A stretch of DNA of 64,000 nucleotides from Eledone cirrhosa (Eukaryota). Made by a program: the position numbers and the translations under genes. The stretch is taken from NCBI GenBank assembly GCA_964016885.1, contig OZ024747.1, positions 79,980,001 to 80,044,000 of the forward strand, in the 5' to 3' direction. Positions 44,099 through 56,759 of the stretch are shown piece by piece (within the stretch, counting starts at the first letter, position 1; the number at the start of each line of letters is the position of its first letter). A model generated the notes under the pieces. That model ran no database searches, was not told where the DNA came from, and saw nothing but the letters and a program-made list of their open reading frames with translations.

Positions 44099-44478
44099 AG
44101 TAAAAGTCTCAGACCAGCGTCTTAAATTTCCAATGAAGCCATGCTGACCGGAAATAGTATAGAGTTCTAACTTTAATATCAAAGAATTAAAATTAGGTGG
44201 GTAAAGAGTAGTCTCCCTTTAAGAGGGGTTTGTTTATGTTTTTGTTGTGTTTTTTAAATTTTATATGCGTGCCTGTATATGTGTGTGGGAGAAAGCATGA
44301 AGGTGTAGGTATGTGGGTGTGTGTGTGTGAGTGTGGGAAGATAGGTCTAATCGTAAAAGTGGGGGGTAGGTGTTATCTAGTGTTAGAACTGGTTTTGTGT
44401 GTGTGTGTGTGAGAGAGAATAAGTGGAGGTGTGCGCGTGCGTGTGTGTGGGGTGCGTAAAGTGGGGCTAGAGGCCCTA

Positions 44479-46945
44479 TCAGGTTATAAATTGGGTGTTG
44501 AGCTCTAGTCTATTATTGATTGGTGGATGTGTTCTATCTATAATGAGTGCTTCCTTGATTCTAAGATTGCCGAGGTTTCTTTCTTTAGTTTCTATCCTAA
44601 CTGTTATGTTTTTATCAGTGTTTTTGCATTTAACTAGGTGTTTCTTAAATGAGGAAGCGTTAGTATTGAGGTGTTCTTTTATTCTTATGTGGAGTGGTCT
44701 GGTGGTGCTACCTACGTAGAAGTTGTTGCATTTGTCACACTCTAGTCTGTAAACTACGTAAGCCTGGTGGCATAGGTCTGTGTCGTTGATGGGGCAGTTG
44801 GCTAGTCTGCAGTAGTTGTCATGTCTGGTGGAGTGTCTCTTAGCTAGCCGTCCACGCAAAGAAGGACCCGAATGGGCCAGTTGAATATCCAGACCTTCTC
44901 GTCTGATGGCTCTGCGGATGGCTGTTGTTGTTTCTTCACTGAAGTGTGGGAGCTTCAGGAAGCAAGTGTTAGTGCCTCGGGTGTGGTGTCCTCTGTTCTT
45001 TCTGGCACGGTTTGTGGTGGATGTCGTGTATCCGTTCAGTTTGAGTACTTCCAGGAAATGTGTGGTGTGTGTGTCTCGGTCTCTGGCGTCGGTGCATTTG
45101 ATCTTGATACGTGCCAGTTCGTTCTTTATGTATCCGAACTTGGCACCGAGTGGGAGGGCCGATCTGAAATGTACGAACAGGTCCCTGCTGGCGGATTTTT
45201 TTATAGAAGCAGGTGTGGATGTTGCCTTCCTCTGTTACCCTGAGTTGGAAGTCCAGCAGGGATAGGGATCCGCGGTCATCGGGGTGTTCTATGCTGAACT
45301 TTATACTGGCGTCCATGCTGGAGAATGTTGTGTATATTTTCTCTGCCTCTTCACGGGATGATGTAAGGATGAGTATGTCATCTACATATCGGGTGAAGAA
45401 GGCATGGGAATGGCAGGTGTTGAGGGCTCGGCATTCTAGTTGGTTCATGTAAGTGATGGCCAGCAAGCCAGATAGGCTGGATCCCATGGGTAATCCTGTT
45501 GTCTGTCTGTATGTGTGGTGGTGGAAGGTGAAGAACGTGTTGTCTACTGTGAAGGACAAAAGTTGGTGTATGTCCGTCGGGTGGAGGCCGTAGCAGTGGA
45601 TGTTCTCTGCGACCACGCAGTCCGTCAATAAATCGACAGCTGGGTGAGCGGGGACTGTAGTGTAGAGGGAGACAACGTCGAGGCTAAAAGCGTATTTATT
45701 AAGTTTAAGTTGTTCTGGCTGGAGTTGGTGTAATCTACGTATAACTTCGTCGGAGCTACTGACATGTCCGGGGAAGGTGGAGAGTAGAGGCTTGAGGACC
45801 TGGGAGAGAAGCCAGGAAATTTTGTATAGGGGTCCTTCTATGCTAGAGACGATGGGTCTTATATGCGTCTTAGTGCTATTCTTGTGGGTCTTGATGAGTT
45901 GGTAGAAAGTGGGCAGTCTGCTATTTCTAGTGGTGTAGTTGAGTTTAATTTTATTCGGGAGTTGTCTTCTCCTACAGATATCGAACCAAATGGAGTTAGT
46001 CTGTTTTTCGATTTGGGCTGCGGTCATGTCCGGGATCACTGTGCACAGTTCACTGTCGCTTAGGTGTTCGAAGGCTAGGTTATTGTATGTGGCTTGAGAG
46101 ATGACGCAGAACTCTTTACCTTTGTCGGATGGTAAGTAAATAAGTTCCTTATTCCGTAGGTTCTTCAGGGCGAGTTGTTGTGTCCTGGAGAGGTTAGGGG
46201 CCATCTTCTTCTGTTTCCGTAAGATGTTAAATACGGAATGTTTTAGTCTCGAGAGTTTTTCTTCCAGCTCGCGGTTGGCGAGCGGTGGATAAAGTGGGCG
46301 ATCTAGTTGGTATATCGGGAATCTGGGTGTGGTGGATTCCGTGGTGTTGTTGTCGAGAGTCGATATCCATTTCAGTTGGTAGGCAGTCCGACAGAAATTC
46401 GTTTCTATGTCGAGCCATAGTCTGTCGTCCAGTCTCTGTTTCAATATGAACTTGGGACCCAGGCTGAGGAGGTCTAATTCCTCTCGGGAGAGGGATCCTG
46501 TCAAGTCTGTGACGAGGTGTTTTGCGTCAGCTGTGTTGTTGGTCGGGGCGCCGCTAGGTTCGGTGTTGGTAATGTATTGTTCGCCTCTGTTGGTGTTTGG
46601 CGTTGGGATGTTGTTAAGACAGTTGGCCGTCCTGAGTTTGAGAAATTTTTGTGTTAGGCGTATTTTCTCGTAGTCTCGGCGGTGGTGGTATGACCTGTCT
46701 ATAGTGGCGGAGATGACCTTGGACAGAGGTTCTGGGGTTTCAGCGAGTTGTGGTACAAGGCTGGAGATAGTCCGTATGTGATGTTGTAGCGTGCGGTGTA
46801 GGTGTTGTATGAGTTTTCTTAGGCAGAATTTTTGTATGTAACTGAGTGATCGTTTGAGGCCTGGTGAATTGAAGCATGTTGGTAGGTGTAAATTTTTGAT
46901 GGTTTTGGGAATGATGTTGTTATTCAGGCATCGTTTTAGGAAATT
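44479..46945 (-). CDS. PLE reverse transcriptase + GIY-YIG endonuclease; 5'-truncated, one frameshift at T7 45196-45202
   Basis: FLKRC..IIPK, LSLGPKF, SDKG, KTHK..RPIVS, SLDVVSLYT, GLPMGS, RYVDD, LLD; removing one A gives YKKSASRDLFVHFRS in frame to VVY...YVG-x-T-x-R...EH. Confidence 0.9.
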
Positions 46946-47709
46946 TATTTGCGTGGACGGCTAGCTAAGAGACACTCCACCAGACATGACAACTACTGCA
47001 GACTAGCCAACTGCCCCATCAACGACACAGACCTATGCCACCAGGCTTACGTAGTTTACAGACTAGAGTGTGACAAATGCAACAACTTCTACGTAGGTAG
47101 CACCACCAGACCACTCCACATAAGAATAAAAGAACACCTCAATACTAACGCTTCCTCATTTAAGAAACACCTAGTTAAATGCAAAAACACTGATAAAAAC
47201 ATAACAGTTAGGATAGAAACTAAAGAAAGAAACCTCGGCAATCTTAGAATCAAGGAAGCACTCATTATAGATAGAACACATCCACCAATCAATAATAGAC
47301 TATAGCTCAACACCCAATTTATAACCTGATAGGGCCTCTAGCCCCACTTTACGCACCCCACACACACGCACGCGCACACCTCCACTTATTCTCTCTCACA
47401 CACACACACACAAAACCAATTCTAACACTAGATAACACCTACCCCCCACTTTTACGATTAGACCTATCTTCCCACACTCACACACACCCACCCACATACC
47501 TACACCTTCATGCTTTCTCCCACACACATATACAGGCACGCATATAAAATTTAAAAAACACAACAAAAACATAAACAAACCCCTCTTAAAGGGAGACTAC
47601 TCTTTACCCACCTAATTTTAATTCTTTGATATTAAAGTTAGAACTCTATACTATTTCCGGTCAGCATGGCTTCATTGGAAATTTAAGACGCTGGTCTGAG
47701 ACTTTTACT

Positions 47710-47747
47710 TCCCTCCGAAGAAGAGATATTATCTCGAAAATTAAGGA
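47710..47747 (+). ncRNA. Minimal hammerhead variant (U4C, extra A) in PLE pseudo-LTR
   Basis: cct CCGAAGA A gagat att atctc GAAA at TA agg; located 3' of the GIY-YIG ORF. Confidence 0.5.
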
Positions 47748-47905
47748 CATTTAAATAAATTCAAGGTGAAAGACGAATTCTCATCAATATCTCTCACTAT
47801 TGCATTCTTTTTTCTATGTCCATACCTGCATTGTCTTGGCCTTATTACACATATTCTAACGTTTATACCTCATTACACAATGCTTCAAGTGAACTATAAC
47901 CTCCT

Positions 47906-47964
<59 letters not shown>

Positions 47965-48595
47965 TTAGAGTGGCCTTTATTTTTCAATTTTAGTTTAGCT
48001 CCCACCCCTTTATCTTGTTCCAATTAACAAAAAGATCTATCTATGTAAAAGTTTAACTCAAACGGACAACCGCAAGGCGACCCTCATCGACCGTGGAAGT
48101 TTGAAGTTTTCGCCCGAGAAGACATTTTCTTAGATATAATTTTCTTTTAAATTAAAAACTTTTTCAGACTTATTCTTGGTATTAGAAGGATAAGTGACAA
48201 TAAATATAATGGGAAAGGCAACTTGCAAAGTATAATTATATATATATATATGAGAAGCCCTGAGAGAGTATGGTATCGACAGTATTTATGGCAAAACATT
48301 CTCTTTTTAGAGTTTGTCCAGGTGTTTTATAGTTATAAATGTTGGTCTGTACATTTTGATTTAATCTTTTAATTAATATGTATTTTCTACCCCTTTCGTA
48401 GACTTTATGATTTTCACTCTAGTGACTCTCTAATCCCGTTGAAAACATTCCCATTAGTGTGTTCTTCTCTATATACTGTATTATGAAGAACTCGGTACTT
48501 ATTCCTTCAGCTCATTCAATTACAGGGGATTAATGCGAGTATTTAACTCCGTCTTTTCATTTGACGCATATATATATATATATCCAGAGAGAGAG

Positions 48596-48718
<123 letters not shown>

Positions 48719-49109
48719 AAGAGAGAGTTAGCGATAAACTAAAATTACTGTTATTATTTTTTTTTATGTTCAGCAGCTGTAATTCTTATTTTGAGCGATA
48801 GATGGTATTAAGATGACGGTAAACGCAACAAATGGTAAAGTTTCATAATGGATTTTAAGTTAATATAGGAAGACAAATTTGTTTTCAACACATCTAATTA
48901 TGACAATAACTATAATGAGGAAATTAATGTAAACTAGGAAAAGCAGATAAAAAACTGCCTGAAACCATATACTGTAAAATAAATCATATAATGTTTGATA
49001 CAAAACCAGTTAATCATGAATTATTGGGTTTTCTATTGCTTAAAGATTATAAAATAGTATTTATTTTCGTATAGTATTTATATTTGGGAGACTGTAAGGA
49101 ACAATAATA

Positions 49110-49299
49110 TTAATTGTTTCTACTTTTAGCACGAGGCCAGCAATTACCCAGTGCATTACTGGTACTTTATTTTATCGACTCCGTAAGCATGAAAGGCAAA
49201 GTCAACCTCGGCGGGATTTGAACTCAGATCATTAAGGGACGTAACTATGCTGGAAAGCATGGTGTCCGACCCTCTACCGATACTGCCCATCCACCGCCC
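49110..49299 (-). mobile_element. SINE family 2, full length
   Basis: Reverse-complement homolog of 13015-13208. Confidence 0.75.
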
Positions 49300-49830
49300 T
49301 TTGGGAACAATAATATTAATGTGTGTATATTGTCGTAGAAATTATGTGAAAGTTAAAATCTTGAATAACAGTTGTCATGATCGAGGGGTAGAAATCTACA
49401 ATATCAAACTGCGTGAACTTCAATCTAAGCTAAGATGGAATATCTCTAAACAAGAATATCACTGAGGTATTACTGTTTCAATTTTCTAGTTGAGTATTCT
49501 TATTGTAGTTGCTACAATAGCTTTTACTAGCTAGTCCTTACTCATCGGGGTTTAGTAGCCTACAACTTTGTCTAGTAATAAAGTTGGCTCTGCCATCTTT
49601 CACTGATGTAAATGCCGCCTCCTCCGCACTCAGCTCTCTTATCTCTATTTAAGGGTTTGGCAATAGTCTCAGCCTTACCATTGCTAACGTTGTTGGATCC
49701 AGATCCGGCTTTCTGATTTTGGTTAGAGATAGTGATAAACAATTATTGGTTATACATTGAATTCATATAGATTATTAGTCTTATCAGTAAAAACAAAACA
49801 AAAGCGACAGACATCACTAGAATCACTAGA

Positions 49831-49889
<59 letters not shown>

Positions 49890-50204
49890 TGCACGCACGC
49901 AAACAAACACACACACACTATATATATATATGTGTGTATATTATATAAAATAGATGGATATATAGATGGGGCATTCACAAAGTATGTCCCAACTCAGTAT
50001 TGTGTCATGGAATAATTTCTTGTGTACAAGCAATTTCTTTCGTGTAATTTGTATAGTCATCCATACATTAACGTAATCTGTGTTTCAATTAAAAACAAAA
50101 CAAACAAGAATCGACTTTTTGGCAGCTGGAACGAAGAAATGTGCCAAAAAGCTAACATAGTTATACTTGTCTTTCGTGAGCTAAAAACGTTTTTCAATCA
50201 CTGC

Positions 50205-50620
50205 GATAGATAAATTTCTTTATTCGCCACAAGGGCTCAAAAAGATGGGGACAAATACAAATACATACATATAGTGGGGAGTTTACATACAGGTGTGTAA
50301 AGAAAAAAGAATTAATAACAAAAATATTAAATTTAACAATCGAAATCCCCAATAGGGGGAGGCGTTTCACATGGGTTGTACACACCCCGAAAAAATGTAC
50401 AACCCTCATTCATATCCAGGAGCACGAAGAGTGAGCGCTCCTTTCCTCTCTTCCTCTTTTTTGTCAACCTACAGGTTAATATAGAGAGAAGGCCCAACCA
50501 CTCGGGCCATTCTTGCCACATTCACCCACCTTTCGGAAAATTTGCTGGGGTGCAGCACCTCTCTCTCCACTCTGATTCTTCTTCTGACCCATACTCAAGT
50601 GAGTACCTTGGTTCAGTTAC
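50205..50620 (-). mobile_element. Diverged 3' fragment of a Tx1-like LINE
   Basis: rc encodes RWVNVARMARVVGPSLYINL*, matching RWVREARMARVNGPTLSIYL* at 61991; shares the CCCAATAGGGGG UTR motif. Confidence 0.7.
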
Positions 50621-51348
50621 GTAGCTCATACTATTCCTGTTGTATATTAAAAAAAACCTTGTTGTAAATTCTATGCATATGCTACCACTATTTACACCAC
50701 ACTCAGGTGTGGTGTAAACATGCTACTTAGATACCTACCACTAACAAAGGAAACCTTCCATTAAAAGATTCTTTAATATAACAATCTTGCCTGCTTCAAT
50801 AGCACAAATACTTTGGGAGGTGCATTATGTCAATAAAAACACATGCCCCAGTTGGGTTTTACTTCAGTCTTTCTGACAGAAAGACAAGATTGAGTAAATA
50901 AAGCAAAATCGAAACGAAGAAGAGACAGAAAAATGAACAAGAAGAGTCATTGAAAAGGTCACGTGATATATATCAATATCTGTTTCAATACGGTTTCATA
51001 TAAAAAACGAACAAATTACTAAGCATACCTATAAAACAATATTTTCATCTTCTTTTATAGTGTTGGACAGCACCCAATTAAAACCCCTATGGTCAGTGAA
51101 ACCGCTACGCCTTATAATCACGGAGAATCTCTCTGGGGTCTCTTACATTTCTAAAATGGCCAAAAAAAGCTTTCGAGCAAAGAGAAATGAATATATTATA
51201 ATATTCTTCGTAATTTCGCCTCTACACACAATCGGTCTGATTTATATGAAAGGCATTTTAAAAGCTAAACAGAATAGCTTGATTTCTGTAATCCATACAT
51301 AAATATAAATGACATTACTCTCAACTGAATAGTGTTGATAAATGCATG

Positions 51349-51382
<34 letters not shown>

Positions 51383-51509
51383 CACACACACACACACACA
51401 CATACATATAGATGGGGTGTGTGTATGTATGTGTATGTGTTTGTGAATATATATATATATATATATATACACATCCCCCCATATATATGTATATATATAT
51501 ATATATATA

Positions 51510-51800
51510 TGGCTTAGTGGTTAGACCGTTTTATGTGTTGTGTCCTTGAGCAAGACATCTTATTTCCCGTTGCTCCAGTTCACTCAGCTGTAGACTGCAG
51601 AAATGATCTGTGATGTCACTGGTACAAAGCTGCACCAGCCATTGCCTTTCCCTTGGACAACATCGGGGACTTGGAGAGGGGCGACTGGTATGCATGGGCC
51701 ATTTCTGGTCTTCCACAAAAAAACTTTGCCCAGGCTTGTGCCTCGGAGGAAAACTTTCTGGGTGCAAAACCATTGTCATTAGTGACCGATGGGGGTCTTT
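51510..51800 (+). mobile_element. SINE family 1
   Basis: GGCTTAGTGGTTAG...TGTGTCCTTGAGCAAGACA...GTTGCTCCAGTTCACTCAGCTG. Confidence 0.65.
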
Positions 51801-52611
51801 AAAATATATATAATGAAGTTAAAGTTATATATGTAAATATACAGAATAGAAGTAACCGCCACTGCGTAAATGTGTGTATAAATTTACCACAAGTATTGGT
51901 ATTTCCCTGTAAATTGAAAAAATATATATATAAACACTTTTAATTGAGCTTCAAGCCAATGTACATGGTTTCTGATGAAAACCCAATTAGGCTCGAGTCG
52001 TTGGTTTGGGTCTTTGTCTCGGGTTAACCCATGCCCTTTGAATGAAACTGTGTAGACGGAATCTGTTTGGAAGCCCGTCAGATCTACTTTACTTGTAATT
52101 CAAAGGGCCTGCCATGTCATACATTGTCACAATAAATTACTCTGACAATTACGTTAAGGGTTCATGTGCCTGTAGAATGCTCAGCCACTTATACTTTAAT
52201 TTCATGAACAGGCTGTTCCGTTGATAGAAAAACTAGAATGCTCATCGTAGACAACCGACAGAGATCCATTCCTGTGTCAGTGCGAGTGTGTAGGTGTGAA
52301 TTATTTGCCTATCTATTTAATTGCTATAAATCCGTTACTATGTGTCAGGTTATTACAGTTATCTAAACCAAGTAAAAATAATAAATCTAGTTGCCTACCT
52401 AAAAGCTTCTAAAGACGATAAGAAGTCAGATACGGAAGTATTTTAAAATAAATAATAGCTGGATGTATAGATAAAGGTTTGTTTAGATGCAGAGTTCATC
52501 CGCACATTCATGTGGTGCATTTGTATGTATGCAGGTATATATTGACATGTATGTATATATGTTTATCCTATGTATATGAATACACACACACATATTTATG
52601 TGTATATATGT

Positions 52612-52697
<86 letters not shown>

Positions 52698-52803
52698 TAT
52701 ATATATATATAACGAAGGAAATGTGGTAAGGAACCAGATGGACCATAACGCACCAAAGTACTCAATACTTAGGGTAGTAGAGTGGGTAATAGGAACAAGT
52801 ATG

Positions 52804-52899
52804 ACCCCGACGGCAGAGCTCAAGCCGTTTCGACGGCTAATTCTGGACTAAATAAGAATTTTTAGCCTGGTAAATAAATAGCCGAACTTCTCAGGGGGT
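52804..52899 (-). ncRNA. Family A hammerhead (C3.A8 mismatch)
   Basis: Reverse complement of 53997-54092. Confidence 0.6.
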
Positions 52900-53996
52900 A
52901 ATTCCATATATGGGAAGATAGTAATTGTCAAAAGGATTGGTCAAAAGTTTGTTGTAAAGACAGATAATTCTATCAAGGCATTTAGTGGGAGATATGGGTA
53001 GCTGAACTTGCCGGTAGAACAAAGAGGGAGTGGGAGAAACCCAGTCAAGCGTTGAAAGTGAAATTTATACAGCAGATTCTAAGGATATGGTATAGAAGGT
53101 TGAAAAAAAGTGTACTGGAGAAGGGAAGGGGGAGTTGAAAGAATAGGTAAAGATAATAGTCTCCTTCCTTGTCTTTTTTTGTTTCACCTTTTCGCCCACC
53201 CCGATGCAGCCCATCGGTCCTCTGTAGCCTCAGTACCCCCACCCCCCTAATTTTAAGATAGAATTGGCCGATTGCGCTTTTTATAGCAGATGTGTTAGAC
53301 CCCAGATAATTGCTTTCTTTCTGGTTGCCGCTCCATTTCTGTGATTTCTAAATTTCTTAGTGGTATTTCTGCATTAGTATTCTTGTATTAGTATTTATGT
53401 ATTAGCATTCTGAATTAATATTTCGTATTAGTTTTTTAGTATGTTTGTTCTGAACTTATTAACCTGTCATTGTAAAATAGCATTGGCTGATTACTACTAA
53501 CTATAGCAGTGGTGTTAGACCCCTGTAAAGATGGCTTTATAAAATTCTTTTACTACAATCTCGTATTTAGTATTTTTCTCCACCTATTAAACTTTTCTAT
53601 AGCTTAGCAATACCATTGAGAGATTTGGTGATTGTGGGGATGGAGTAGTAACCAGAAATTGTTTTTTTTATATTCTTTTTTTTTTATATTTATTTCCTCA
53701 TTTTTATAATGGCTTTTTTGTTTTCTCCCTTTCGATTTACCTATTCTTTCAATTACCCCCCCCCCTCCCCTCCCCTTCCCCAGTACAATTTTTCAACCTT
53801 CTATACACTATCCTTAGAATCTGCTGTATAGATTTCGCTTTCAACGCTTGACTGGGTTTCCCCCACTCCCTCTTTGTTCTACCGGCAAGTTCAGCTACCC
53901 ATATCTCCCACTAAATGCCTTGATAGAATTATCTTTCTTTACAACAAACTTTTGACCAATCCTTTTGACAATTACTATCTTCCCATATATGGAATT

Positions 53997-54092
53997 ACCC
54001 CCTGAGAAGTTCGGCTATTTATTTACCAGGCTAAAAATTCTTATTTAGTCCAGAATTAGCCGTCGAAACGGCTTGAGCTCTGCCGTCGGGGT
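53997..54092 (+). ncRNA. Family A hammerhead (C3.A8 mismatch)
   Basis: acccc CTGAGAA gttcggcta...tagccgtc GAAA cggc ttgagctct gcc GTC ggggt. Confidence 0.6.
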
Positions 54093-54104
54093 CATACTTG
54101 TTCC

Positions 54105-54222
<118 letters not shown>

Positions 54223-54692
54223 TGCTCCCACAATATCTGCTTTGAACGAAGTCTATTAACGAAATTGGTTAATAGACTTTTTATTTCTGAAATAAATCAG
54301 GACTTTCAACAGCTGTTCTCTCCCGACAATACACACAGGTACGCAAACGAAACACATAGAATCTATTACGCGTATACACACGCCCCCCCCCACGCATTCA
54401 TTAATTATGCATTTACTTCTTACTCTATACATATATGGTAAGAAAACTTCGATATGCGATAAACATAACATGTACATAAATTGTAGCGCAAATCAAAATA
54501 GATGTGTATTTTGGTGGTTTGGAGAGAAAATATAATTATTGGAGTAGGGCATGAAGTTCCACTGCGACTGTTTATGTATAATTTAAAAAAATATTGTGCC
54601 CTTTCCTAAGAGGTTGATATATCGAGCTTCTTCGCATTTGGTAAGAAACTGGTATTATACCCAATTTATTCATCTCCTATATATATATATAT

Positions 54693-55029
54693 ATATATTA
54701 ATAAAAGGAATTCCAACTTTGTCTGATTTACTCGTTTTATTTACAATCCTTTAAAATTATAATGATATTATAATGAAATAGTATGGTAGAATATTAAATG
54801 TTAAGTGTTAATTGAACTAGTACTTTCATGCTTTCGAAATCTTCAGGTTCATATTCAGTGGTGACAGTCAAGTTTGCAATTTTCAACTGTTGAAACATTT
54901 AATATTCTACCATACTATTTCATTATAATATCATTATAATTTTAAAGGATTGTAAATAAAACGAGTAAATCAGACAAAGTTGGAATTCCTTTTATTAATA
55001 TAATCTTCTATACACAATCATACACACCC

Positions 55030-55030
<1 letters not shown>
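54693..55030. mobile_element. Inverted-repeat unit (~109-bp perfect arms) enclosing a hammerhead, in (TA)n
   Basis: 54693-54802 is the reverse complement of 54894-55002. Confidence 0.7.
54813..54851 (-). ncRNA. Minimal type-I hammerhead with palindromic stem III
   Basis: rc: tgaac CTGAAGA tttcgaaagcat GAAA gtac TA gttca. Confidence 0.7.
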
Positions 55031-55071
<41 letters not shown>

Positions 55072-55124
55072 ATATATATCTATCTATATATATATATCTA
55101 TATATATATATATATATATATATA

Positions 55125-55931
55125 TTCCCTGGATTTCACTAAATTCTGTGGATGAATTTATATCCTGATTCTCTTTTGAGATGAGTTTGAATTATTTTTC
55201 CCACATCTTACGTTAACTATTTTTCCCATTTTGACGCTATAGTCGCATATATGTTATGGAATACTGTTAGCTTCTCGCTACAACAATTTCTATACCTTTC
55301 ATTTATATATTTATACTCGGATTTTTTTTCCTAGAGTGCTTAAATTATTTGTGACTAATCCCGTTTTTTTTTAAATAAAAACTGCGATAATATTGCTTTT
55401 TGCTGAACTCCTTTTGTAGAGTTTTTTTCGGAATGTATTTGACTGTTGTTTCTTGTCAACATACATTCGCCTCATTCTGACGTCACTAGCCCCGTTTTTC
55501 CTCATGTGCGTTTTTCATAATCACGCATGATGGTGAACTAGCCAGTTTTAAAATTCCCTTTTTGGCTTATAAATTTGTGAGAGTCCTGGTTATCGAGTTG
55601 AGGTCTGCTGACGATTGAAATCTAACCGTGACCATCTCCACTAAAAGTTTTCATGAAATAGTCTTTAAGACTATACAGAGCATTTGAAGTTTTTCCAAAT
55701 TGAAGGATAAGTATTTTAGACTTTATTTTATCATGAGTTAAGGCTCGATTGATTTTTCCCTGGATTTCACTAAATTCTGTGGATGAATTTATATCCTGAT
55801 TCTCTTTTGAGATGAGTTTGAATTATTTTTCCCACATCTTACGTTAACTATTTTTCCAATTTTGACGCTATAGTCGCATATATGTTATGGAATACTGTTA
55901 GCTTCTCGCTACAACAATTTCTATACCTTTC

Positions 55932-55940
<9 letters not shown>
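55125..55940 (+). mobile_element. Unit with ~185-bp direct repeats (55125-55310 / 55756-55940) and an internal hammerhead-like motif (55603-55671)
   Basis: Direct repeats offset by 631 bp, flanked by (TA)n; CTGACGA ttgaaa...tttcat GAAA tag TC. Confidence 0.55.
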
Positions 55941-56002
<62 letters not shown>

Positions 56003-56726
56003 TATAATTTGGCTCTCCGAGTGAAAATCTCGCCGAGTTCAACTTTGCTTTTCATCCTTTTGACGTCGATAAAAAAGTGCCAGTCCAGTCCTGGGGTCGA
56101 TTCTTCCTCAATATTTGTTTCTTACTCTCCCCTCTCTCTCTCACTCTCTTTCGCTCCTTCTCTGGCTGTGTTTTAGACCTGCCCAAGATACGCCGTATGT
56201 CAGGACGGTGCCCTTATGTATCCATCAGTTATGGGTCCATACATACTTATGTTTCTTATAGAAAGGAATAACTACATATTGCTAATTATGCTGACCACGT
56301 TTCGCACTTTCTACAAGCTTTCTATATCAAGCCGTGCATTCGAACACACAATGCTAACTCTTCGACGTCTATAAAGACTATTGAGTTGTCAATTCTACAA
56401 AAGCCTTCACACTCATTGTTCTACCTTACCTTCATCATAACGACGTTTTCTTGAATATGATTTCTAACAATAGTCAATTTTAAAACCACCGAAAGTGCTT
56501 AAATGGACGCAACAACAACGGTACTGTCTATTGAACACCATGGACAAAATAGAAAATTAGATAACCTAGATAGTATTGTTGTGCTTGTTGTTGCTATTTT
56601 TGTAATTGTTGTTGTAATTGATATTTTTTGTCTTGCTATTGTGTTATCTCAATCGATTTTCGCAATATTTCTGTTACTATTCTCGATTTTGTTAATGCTG
56701 TTGTTTAGATAATAATAATAATAATC

Positions 56727-56758
<32 letters not shown>

Positions 56759-56759
<1 letters not shown>

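Larger units (their letters stand above)
43941..47908 (-). mobile_element. Penelope-like element with inverted 3' duplication (arms 43941-44860 / 46948-47866 plus 42-bp tail), in (TA)n
   Basis: RT + GIY-YIG on the minus strand; ~920-bp near-identical inverted arms. Confidence 0.92.

Noticed and set aside
51972-52060. CTGATGA...GAAAC tgt GTA hammerhead candidate
   Set aside because: Stems I and II do not pair; the 3' half belongs to a SINE body
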